IMG/VR virus record: IMGVR_UViG_3300017911_000834
Span: 1-51,883 of that record
Length of the DNA stretch: 51,883 nucleotides
Origin: a virus
Lineage: Duplodnaviria > Caudoviricetes
Direction: 5' to 3' (one strand)
In this document: positions 45,030 to 51,883 of the stretch, in pieces
Layout: every line of letters begins with the position of its first letter
How positions within the stretch are numbered: the first letter of the stretch is position 1
Made by a program: the position numbers and the translations under genes
The notes under the pieces: model-generated
Database searches by the model: none
Seen by the model: only the letters and a program-made list of their open reading frames with translations
What the model was told of the DNA's origin: nothing

Positions 45030-45581
45030 TCAACAATTCCAGCGTTTCAACGCCGCACCTTTTGGTGTCAGTTTTCCGCCCTTACTGGTCGGTCCTTTCA
45101 CGCCACCCATCCGAGCGCAAAACGACTTTCGACGCTTTGCTTTCTTTGAGCCTGGCTTGAGTTTGGATGGTTTCGTGGTTACAGGTGGCTTGAGATTTGC
45201 ACCCGTTTCACGCTTGAATTTAGCACGACCCTTGGCGTTCAATCCACCCTTCTTGCTATGGCGGTTTGGATTGTAGCCATGAAACGGCTTGGACTTCTTT
45301 TTGCCCTTGAGCAAAGCCTCAACCAATAGTGGTTCATCCCATGAATTAGGGAATGACTTCTTGTAAGATCGGCTCTCCCATTTCGAGGGCTTGGTGACTC
45401 GGACCTTTCCATATGGTTGCTTTGAGAAACCACAGGAGGTGCATGTTGGCGAACCGCCTTTGCCATCGCATTTCCCGCAGACGTGGCGTCCTGCTTCAGC
45501 ATCAGGTGATGGCTTCTTGATACGGTTGATGACGGTCTTAGCCAGAAGGTCGCAGGTAATACAATCACAGGTCATTATCAT
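45030..45581 (-). CDS. Basic protein with Zn-finger-like N-part and GGLNAKGR...RRKSFCARM...LKRWNC domain (DUF6321-like)
   Basis: Motif recognised from conserved phage hypotheticals. Confidence 0.75.
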   Translation of the reverse strand: MIMTCDCITCDLLAKTVINRIKKPSPDAEAGRHVCGKCDGKGGSPTCTSCGFSKQPYGKVRVTKPSKWESRSYKKSFPNSWDEPLLVEALLKGKKKSKPFHGYNPNRHSKKGGLNAKGRAKFKRETGANLKPPVTTKPSKLKPGSKKAKRRKSFCARMGGVKGPTSKGGKLTPKGAALKRWNC

Positions 45582-45747
45582 TCACCAACGCTGGTTTTGG
45601 CTTCCGCCAGATATAACCGCACATAGGACATTCCCATAAAAAAATTCGGTCACGACTACCGGCATAGAAACCGTTTATTCGAATCGCCAAAACATCCGTA
45701 TCGCACCCTGAACAGGTCTGCATGACCTTATCACGATACGCCTTCAT
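45565..45747 (-). CDS. Small zinc-ribbon protein
   Basis: CSGC...WECPMC; ATG45747 follows GGTGAG (track start 45795). Confidence 0.7.
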   Translation of the reverse strand: MKAYRDKVMQTCSGCDTDVLAIRINGFYAGSRDRIFLWECPMCGYIWRKPKPALVNDNDL

Positions 45748-45751
45748 TCTC

Positions 45752-46858
45752 TCACCAGTCTTGGAACAGGGTGAATAGAGTCTTTTGCCCGTCATGTAGC
45801 CCTGTTATTGCCTTAATCCTGCCAACCATCAAATCAACGTATGAATCATTCAGTTCGCAAAGAATCGCATTCCTCCTATGCTTCAACGCCACCCCTGCCG
45901 TTGTTCCCGATCCACCGAAGGGGTCAAGGACGGTGCAGGGTTTTTGTTCGGCGTCCTCACAATCACAAGATGGCAGGTTTTTCACGTATGGTGCAAAACA
46001 CTTCGAACAACAACCACCTTGAGATGTTCCAGCAAGAACGCAAGGTTCAATCAATTCAGGGGGGAACACGGCAAAGTGAGCCTCCGAATATGGCTTAGGA
46101 GATATATTCCAAACACTACGCTTATTTCTTGATTCAAAGACCACATTTTGCATTCTCTCATTCAAATCATTGTCGTTTCTGTCGTGATTTACCCCGTTTC
46201 TTCGTGAACCGTTTTGATAATTTTTTCGGCTTGGGTCTGCAACAGGTTCTTTGATAGCCTCCGAGTCATAGAAGTATTTCTTTGACTTGCTCAAAAGGAA
46301 AATGTATTCATGGCTTTTGGTGCATCTATCCCTAACCGACTCAGGCATACAACTTGGCTTAGACCAAATAATGTCCTGACGCAGATACCAACCATCTGCC
46401 TGTAAAGCAAAGGCAAGCCTCCATGGTATGCCAACCAAATCTTTCGGCTTGATAACAGGATGCTTTTTGTCGGTTGGTCTTGTTTTCTTTGACCCGCCGA
46501 TCTGGTGATGCCCCCTGTTGAATGATTCACCTTCGGATGCTCGCCGTTCTTGATATTCGGAATCCCCTTGACCACTCGCACCTTTACCGCCCCAATAAGA
46601 ATCTCCAATGTTCACCCACAACGTCCCGCTTGGATGAAGGACTCTTTTCACTTCTCGAAACACTTTAACCAAGTTTTCAATGAATTGTTCGGGAGTTTCT
46701 TCAAGCCCGATTTGTTCTTCCTCGCCCCCATAATCTCGCAACCCATAATACGGTGGCGAAGTTATGCAGGAATGGATGCTCTCATCGGGAAGTGATTTCA
46801 ACGTGTTCAAGCAATTGCCAATGAGAACATCGCAACCATCTCTTAACTTCTTTCTCAT
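45752..46858 (-). CDS. N4/N6 DNA methyltransferase (beta class), paralog A
   Basis: TSPPY precedes VLDPFGGSGT; likely start ATG46858; C-terminal QKTLF. Confidence 0.92.
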   Translation of the reverse strand: MRKKLRDGCDVLIGNCLNTLKSLPDESIHSCITSPPYYGLRDYGGEEEQIGLEETPEQFIENLVKVFREVKRVLHPSGTLWVNIGDSYWGGKGASGQGDSEYQERRASEGESFNRGHHQIGGSKKTRPTDKKHPVIKPKDLVGIPWRLAFALQADGWYLRQDIIWSKPSCMPESVRDRCTKSHEYIFLLSKSKKYFYDSEAIKEPVADPSRKNYQNGSRRNGVNHDRNDNDLNERMQNVVFESRNKRSVWNISPKPYSEAHFAVFPPELIEPCVLAGTSQGGCCSKCFAPYVKNLPSCDCEDAEQKPCTVLDPFGGSGTTAGVALKHRRNAILCELNDSYVDLMVGRIKAITGLHDGQKTLFTLFQDW

Positions 46859-46862
46859 CTCA

Positions 46863-48314
46863 TCACCAGTTAAACGCAATAAAGGCATTTCTTCCGTCCA
46901 TCAGTCGATCAGCGTCAGGAGAGTCGGTCAATTTTTGGAGGCGTCGTTGTGCCGTCTTGACACTCACGCCTTGATCAACGGCATATACCTTCTCTAATTC
47001 CTTCTTCTTGACACATTCACGCTTGGAACGGGAATGTGCCAACTTCTGGCACTTGTTGTAAGCGACCTTCCATTCGTGCAGAGAAGCATCACGCTTCTTC
47101 TTTGCCTTGAAATCCTGCTTCTGTTCAAGCCAGATTACGAGGTTGTGGAGATTGTCATAGATGATTTCAGTTGCCATCATGATATGGTCTGCCGTGATGA
47201 CAGACGAACCCATGATGGTCGCAATGATATTGCCAAAGGTGATAGTGTAGTTTTCGATGTTAGGGATGAATGAAGTTGCGGTTTCACGGACGTTGGCATC
47301 GTGAATCTGATTGACCAATTCATAATAATCGGTGGTTGCATTGAGCAAAGCGGCGTGGTATGATTCATCCACCGTGAAGATGTCATAACAGTGCTTATTG
47401 GCAACCATGTCCCTTTGATTATCGTCCATCTCATCCCATTCGGACTCACTCAGCCCTGCGGCTTTGAGCAACCGCTTCTTAATCTCGTCACGCTTCTCAA
47501 GGATGAAAGCGGCCAAAGCATCGTAACCCCACACTTTGTTAGGGACAGGGACATACGTTCCCTGAAGACGGTGTTCGCTCGTTGTTTGACGTTGTTCCTG
47601 ACTCACATCGTTTTGGTAAAGGAATACACGCTGGAAGAAACCCTTCTCAAGAACGTGGTGCATGATGTCCTTTGGGGGGAAAGTGGTCGCCCAAATTGAA
47701 ACACCGGACACCACTTGAATGTCAGCACCCTTCAGCACCTTTGCCAGATTGTTTGTGGCCGATCCAATCGAAGCCATTGCCTCTTGAAGATACAGAATCT
47801 TTTCTGAGAAGTAGGATTTCTTGTCGTCAAGGAGGACGCTGGCCTCGTCAAAGAGAAGGGTCTTGTAACCGTTCAGAAGACCCTTGGTGACAACGTAGTT
47901 GACCTTACCCGTGGGTTTGCCACTCTCATCATATTCAGGCTCTGCATCAACGTGTCCAAGCAGACCGGCATCAGAACCGGAGGTGAACTTGGCACTCTCA
48001 ACACCACACGCATCAAGCAATTGCTTGGTGAACTCGTAAGCCGCTGATTTCCCCGTTCTCGATTGTTGAATCCAATACACGTGAACTCTTGTGTCAAGGT
48101 GTGTCCCGTGGATGGGAACACGCACATACGGTGCAATCACCTGACCGACCACGTAGAACAAAGAAAGCATACCAGCGAACTCATTGAAGAACGATACAGT
48201 GTTGAATCGCTCGATGTATTCTTTGATGAATTTGCTTCCCTCGTATGGCGTTTTGACCAAAGTGTAGTCATACCACTTTCTGTCGCCTGAATCTGATGAT
48301 GGTTTCATTAGCAT
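46863..48314 (-). CDS. AAA+ ATPase, putative helicase (MCM/DUF3987-like)
   Basis: Walker A QSRTGKS, S.AGLLG, Walker B LLFDEA, ATT sensor, GFFQR arginine finger; C-terminal wHTH-like region. Confidence 0.7.
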   Translation of the reverse strand: MLMKPSSDSGDRKWYDYTLVKTPYEGSKFIKEYIERFNTVSFFNEFAGMLSLFYVVGQVIAPYVRVPIHGTHLDTRVHVYWIQQSRTGKSAAYEFTKQLLDACGVESAKFTSGSDAGLLGHVDAEPEYDESGKPTGKVNYVVTKGLLNGYKTLLFDEASVLLDDKKSYFSEKILYLQEAMASIGSATNNLAKVLKGADIQVVSGVSIWATTFPPKDIMHHVLEKGFFQRVFLYQNDVSQEQRQTTSEHRLQGTYVPVPNKVWGYDALAAFILEKRDEIKKRLLKAAGLSESEWDEMDDNQRDMVANKHCYDIFTVDESYHAALLNATTDYYELVNQIHDANVRETATSFIPNIENYTITFGNIIATIMGSSVITADHIMMATEIIYDNLHNLVIWLEQKQDFKAKKKRDASLHEWKVAYNKCQKLAHSRSKRECVKKKELEKVYAVDQGVSVKTAQRRLQKLTDSPDADRLMDGRNAFIAFNW

Positions 48315-48362
48315 GTCGTTTCCTCCTGTTTGTGGTTGGGCAAGTCATCCACCGCCTGTTGG

Positions 48363-48372
48363 GTATATAGAA
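48363..48372 (-). promoter_or_regulatory. Putative TATA box (TTCTATATAC on - strand) plus AGGAGG RBS for the ATPase gene
   Basis: In the 64-nt intergenic gap 48315-48378. Confidence 0.4.
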
Positions 48373-48378
48373 CCTCTC

Positions 48379-49089
48379 CTATGCCCTCGACATCTTGACC
48401 TTTTCTTGGACGATGGGTTGTTCGCTATTGAATGCCTTCACGATCCTCTCAGCCCTCACCTTGCCTATGCCTTCAACAGATTGTAGTTCCTTAGCGGTCA
48501 GGGAAGAGATCTCGATTACCGAGCCGTATTGCTCAAGCAGACGCTTTGCTATCGCTAAACTGCAACCTGCACCCTTCAGGATGTCAATTCTCATGTCCTC
48601 TGTTGAGGTCTTTCTCAGCAACCTGTATGTGGACGATGAGCCGAGCGTTCCATGCTTCTCAAAGCGTTTGCAGATGAAACGGGCGGCTACCGATTTGTTT
48701 GGCAACGTGATGATGGAGATGTCATAGTCTGTCGAGAATCGAGCCAATGAACCTGTGAACGAGCCGAATATCTTGGCGTAATGCAATTTCTTGCCACGTT
48801 TCCTGGCATTGGCAATGTGCTGGTCAATCGTCCCGTGAACCAAAAGAATCGCAGAGTTGTAATTGTCTTCAAGGTTCTGCAATTGACGTTCAAGATGTCC
48901 TGAATACAGGCTTTGCAGGTAATCATCAATTGACTTCGCTTCAATCCCGACATCAGCAAAGCAGTAGTCCGTAATCATGGTTTGTCGCATTTGGAATTTC
49001 AGCCTGTTCTTCTCACAGTATTTGATGACCAATTGCTCAAGCCCCGATCTCTCCCGATTGTCAATAAAGAGAACCCTCTCGTCAGTCAT
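48379..49089 (-). CDS. ERCC4/XPF-family nuclease with HhH motifs
   Basis: IDNRE, TDY, IEAKSIDD (ERKxxD variant), HL..Q, C-terminal VEGIGKVRA; start ATG49089 is coupled to the upstream small ORF. Confidence 0.88.
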   Translation of the reverse strand: MTDERVLFIDNRERSGLEQLVIKYCEKNRLKFQMRQTMITDYCFADVGIEAKSIDDYLQSLYSGHLERQLQNLEDNYNSAILLVHGTIDQHIANARKRGKKLHYAKIFGSFTGSLARFSTDYDISIITLPNKSVAARFICKRFEKHGTLGSSSTYRLLRKTSTEDMRIDILKGAGCSLAIAKRLLEQYGSVIEISSLTAKELQSVEGIGKVRAERIVKAFNSEQPIVQEKVKMSRA

Positions 49090-49238
49090 TGCCTTCTCAC
49101 CCACAAGCCAGTGATGTCCCTCGTTCTCCATTTGTTCAAACATGGTTTGCACATGGGGACTTTGTATTCATTTTCAGTTTCTGCGAAGTCTTTGCAGACT
49201 TCAGAAATTCGGTAACGGCAAAGTTTCTTCTCGCTCAT
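49086..49238 (-). CDS. 50-aa Cys-rich (Zn-finger-like) protein, absent from the ORF track
   Basis: MSEKKLCRYRISEVCKDFAETENEYKVPMCKPCLNKWRTRDITGLWVRRQ; ATGA overlaps at both ends. Confidence 0.7.
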   Translation of the reverse strand: MSEKKLCRYRISEVCKDFAETENEYKVPMCKPCLNKWRTRDITGLWVRRQ

Positions 49239-49486
49239 GCGGTGGCCTCCAACACTTCCAATGTGATTTCTTCCTCATGATTCTCACGGTCATAGAGATA
49301 TATCGTGTTCTCTTCTTCGTTGACCTCTCCGATCTCCCACATGTAGCCTTCGATTGGCATGGAAACTATGAGTTCGCAACCACATTGATTGCAGAACATG
49401 ATGAGATCGCCAACCTTTCGGTTCTGATTGCCGACCTCCCAACGGTGGCTATCCCACCCGCCTTCACAATTCGCTTCCATCATCAT
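49235..49486 (-). CDS. Small acidic Zn-binding-like protein
   Basis: C...H.W...CNQCG; fills the operon gap. Confidence 0.65.
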   Translation of the reverse strand: MMMEANCEGGWDSHRWEVGNQNRKVGDLIMFCNQCGCELIVSMPIEGYMWEIGEVNEEENTIYLYDRENHEEEITLEVLEATA

Positions 49487-49727
49487 TGACCACCTGTTTT
49501 GCCAGCGTCAGACTGTTCAACAAATCGGTTACGAGGTTAGCAAAGTCAGGATCTTGAGTCACTGCAACCATGTTGTTCTTCTGACAGATTTCAAAGAAGC
49601 CAGATTCGTTTGAACGGCGAAAAGACCAATCCAAAACATCAGGAGGTGCTTCTCCCTTGTGATGTGCTTTCAGCATTTCTTCGGCTTTCTTTCTTCGGAT
49701 TTCTTCAAGTTCTTGTTCTTCAGTCAT
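49464..49727 (-). CDS. Hypothetical protein
   Basis: ATG49727 follows GGTGA, just downstream of the MTase stop; begins MTEEQELEEIRRKK. Confidence 0.65.
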   Translation of the reverse strand: MTEEQELEEIRRKKAEEMLKAHHKGEAPPDVLDWSFRRSNESGFFEICQKNNMVAVTQDPDFANLVTDLLNSLTLAKQVVNDDGSEL

Positions 49728-49731
49728 GTTA

Positions 49732-51069
49732 TCACCACGTCGCAAATAGAGTCTTTTGCCCTTTCTTCGTTTTTGTAATTGATTCGATTCGGTTATTGAT
49801 GAGTTCGGTGTATTCTTCATTCAATTCACACAGGATTGCATTTCTGTGGTGTTTGAGGGCGACACCAGCAGTAGTCCCTGAACCTCCAAACGGGTCGAGG
49901 ACTGTGCAGGGTATCTTGTCGGCATCGCAATCGCAAGTTGCTTCCCACCCCAAAGTCTGTGTGATGGAATAACCTGCGTCACCCTTGCCGTTAATTTCTT
50001 CATACGCACCATTGTATCTGTTTGGACGGTATCGTGGGTCGCCTTTCGGAAATTGAGTTCGATCTAATCTCTTCCTTTCTACAATACGTTGCCAAGGAGA
50101 TTTGCATACAGAACAACACCCCTCTGCTGAAGTCCCCGCCAGAACACATGGCTCAATCAAGTCGGGGGGATATACTGCGAAATGCGCCTCCGCATACGGC
50201 TTCGGATTTACATCCCAAACACTACGCTTGTTTTTCTTATGATACACTTTTTGTTGTGCCTTGAGCAAACCTTGTTTGGTGTGACTGAATGCTTGGTCTG
50301 CACCCTTCTGTGGGATTTTGTTGCCTAATGCTACACCAAGGGTGTCTTCCTTTATCGCTTCATGGTCATAGAAATACTTCTTGTTCTTGGATAGAAGGAA
50401 GATGTATTCGTGTGACTTGGTGCAACGATCTCTAACAGACTCAGGCATCACATTTCCTTTGCGCCATATGATGTCTTGTCGCAGATACCAACCATCGGCT
50501 CGCAAAGCAAAGGCAAGCATCCAAGGAATGCCAATCAAATCCTTGCTTTTGTAGCCACTGAGTTTGTTGTTCTTGGCAATGACTTGGCCGTTTCGACCTT
50601 CCTTGTGCTTGGGATCGGTATGGTCGCCCTTGTGACCAGTCCCGCAATATGAATCACCGATGTTAATCCACAAAGTCCCACTTGGATGTAGAACACGCTT
50701 CACTTCTCTGAATACATTCACCAATTTCTCGATGAATTCTTCTGGTGAATCCTCAAGTCCAATTTGTTCATCTTCTCTTGTAGCACCACATTTTCTACAT
50801 GTTGACTTGAATATCCCGTCACCAACGACATGACCTTGTTCATTCATGTTCTTATGACCTGTAATGGTTGTTTCAGAACGCTTCGAATCTCTTTGGTGGG
50901 AACAATCAGGATCGCCACCGACCCATGTTCCCGTTCCATAATCCCTCAATCCGTAGTATGGGGGCGAAGTAATGCAAGTATGAACCGATTCATCAGGAAT
51001 CATCTTCAAAGTTTTCAGGCAATTGCCAATCAATACGTCGCAACCTTCTCTCACGTTCTTTCTCATCAT
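49732..51069 (-). CDS. N4/N6 DNA methyltransferase (beta class), paralog B
   Basis: TSPPY...VLDPFGGSGT; Cys-rich inserts; C-terminal GQKTLFATW. Confidence 0.92.
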   Translation of the reverse strand: MMRKNVREGCDVLIGNCLKTLKMIPDESVHTCITSPPYYGLRDYGTGTWVGGDPDCSHQRDSKRSETTITGHKNMNEQGHVVGDGIFKSTCRKCGATREDEQIGLEDSPEEFIEKLVNVFREVKRVLHPSGTLWINIGDSYCGTGHKGDHTDPKHKEGRNGQVIAKNNKLSGYKSKDLIGIPWMLAFALRADGWYLRQDIIWRKGNVMPESVRDRCTKSHEYIFLLSKNKKYFYDHEAIKEDTLGVALGNKIPQKGADQAFSHTKQGLLKAQQKVYHKKNKRSVWDVNPKPYAEAHFAVYPPDLIEPCVLAGTSAEGCCSVCKSPWQRIVERKRLDRTQFPKGDPRYRPNRYNGAYEEINGKGDAGYSITQTLGWEATCDCDADKIPCTVLDPFGGSGTTAGVALKHHRNAILCELNEEYTELINNRIESITKTKKGQKTLFATW

Positions 51070-51883
51070 TTACTACCTCCTTTTTCATCATAATATGGGC
51101 ATTTGCCAACACATAGACCTTCATGGTATATGGTTGGGCATGTGGGCGTCATGTAGTATCGGTCAATCCCGTGATTGAGATACTTCATAGTTTCAGTGGG
51201 CGAATAATCAGACCATTCCAATGAACGGATGAATGCGTGTGTCTTTGTCAACACAATCGAGTTTGATACCTTTGATTCTCTTGGAGGTCGTGCGAAGTTT
51301 CTGAAATAATCCATGAGATACATCATGAGATAAGAGCGTGGTTTGTGCGGAGGGTTGCTACCATTTTCACAGGCGGCTTGAGCAAGGCATGGCAACATCG
51401 GGATGTTGTTTATCCTCTCAATGTCCACTTCGATGTCCTCCATTTCGAATTGCTTCGTATCAGAATTGTATCTGCCCTTGAACATGTCCACAGAATCTCT
51501 TTCTACGATCTCAAGAGGCATACCCTCTCCTTCGTAGAGGTGCATACCTGGCTTTGGCTCTTGAGCCATAGAGGTGATGTGTTCCCATCCTCCTTCTAAA
51601 TCCTCATGCGTAACAGGAATCCCCCATATCTGTCTTTTGAAATTGAAAGTGTTTGGGATCCTGATGTGCCTGTCCGGTCTGAAAGAAACGACAGGATCGA
51701 GAGTCCTCAGATTGTATTGCTTAACCCATTCGTTGACTTTCATCCTGCCTGAGAACAGGAGGTCGGCCATCTTCTCAGGTGGCAACACGTATTCATTGTC
51801 GAGTTTCGTCCAAATGTGGAATCCTCCACCAGTGAACCATATCGCATGTTGGTAACGACATCTGTTGAAGTATCTCGACAATG
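51066..51883 (-). CDS. Archaeo-eukaryotic primase, PriS-PriL fusion (5'-truncated)
   Basis: AEP motif II FTGGGFHIW, motif III D...D.HIRIPNT, then PriL Fe-S-type Cys pattern LPC...H..R...PTC......C...CP. Confidence 0.88.
   Translation of the reverse strand, partial: LSRYFNRCRYQHAIWFTGGGFHIWTKLDNEYVLPPEKMADLLFSGRMKVNEWVKQYNLRTLDPVVSFRPDRHIRIPNTFNFKRQIWGIPVTHEDLEGGWEHITSMAQEPKPGMHLYEGEGMPLEIVERDSVDMFKGRYNSDTKQFEMEDIEVDIERINNIPMLPCLAQAACENGSNPPHKPRSYLMMYLMDYFRNFARPPRESKVSNSIVLTKTHAFIRSLEWSDYSPTETMKYLNHGIDRYYMTPTCPTIYHEGLCVGKCPYYDEKGGSK

Noticed and set aside
49670-49727. PDCD5/thioredoxin-like N-terminus (EELEEIRRKK)
   Set aside because: Similarity limited to one charged helix; the rest of the protein lacks those folds' motifs.
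42639-51069. Complete restriction-modification system
   Set aside because: No restriction endonuclease recognised; the only nuclease is a structure-specific XPF type, so the MTases appear to be orphans.
1-51883. tRNA, rRNA, CRISPR array, integrase or att site
   Set aside because: Intergenic gaps are all under about 65 nt and none of these signatures was seen by eye; a tRNAscan-SE/Infernal run would confirm.

Overview
This 51.9-kb window is a gene-dense segment of a tailed dsDNA (HK97-fold, siphovirus-like) virus genome, very probably infecting a marine euryarchaeon. The architecture resembles 'Magroviruses' of Marine Group II/Poseidoniales; that assignment is inferred from archaeal-type primase/XPF genes, GGTGA-type RBSs, TATA-like boxes and PIP-box tails, not from a database hit. 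The + strand (1-43877) is the morphogenesis arm: terminase, portal, a cluster of head-associated proteins, protease-scaffold, major capsid protein, neck, tail tube, tail chaperones with a -1 frameshift site, tape measure protein, three giant LamG-containing tail-tip proteins, small basic/Cys-rich proteins and a Dam-like methyltransferase. The - strand (43874-51883) is a replication/modification arm: PriS-PriL primase, two paralogous N4/N6 methyltransferases, XPF-like nuclease and an AAA+ helicase-like protein. The most interesting signal is a shared short peptide, F-x-x-A-W-x(1,2)-[ILM]-x-K, in five otherwise unrelated proteins, including the Dam-like methyltransferase and a HiPIP-like protein. 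Its [ILMV]-x-K end matches sites that recur at module boundaries across the head proteins and near the capsid protein N-terminus. This suggests a capsid-targeting plus prohead-protease-cleavage system that loads and releases cargo proteins (hypothesis). No tRNA, rRNA, CRISPR array or integrase was seen.
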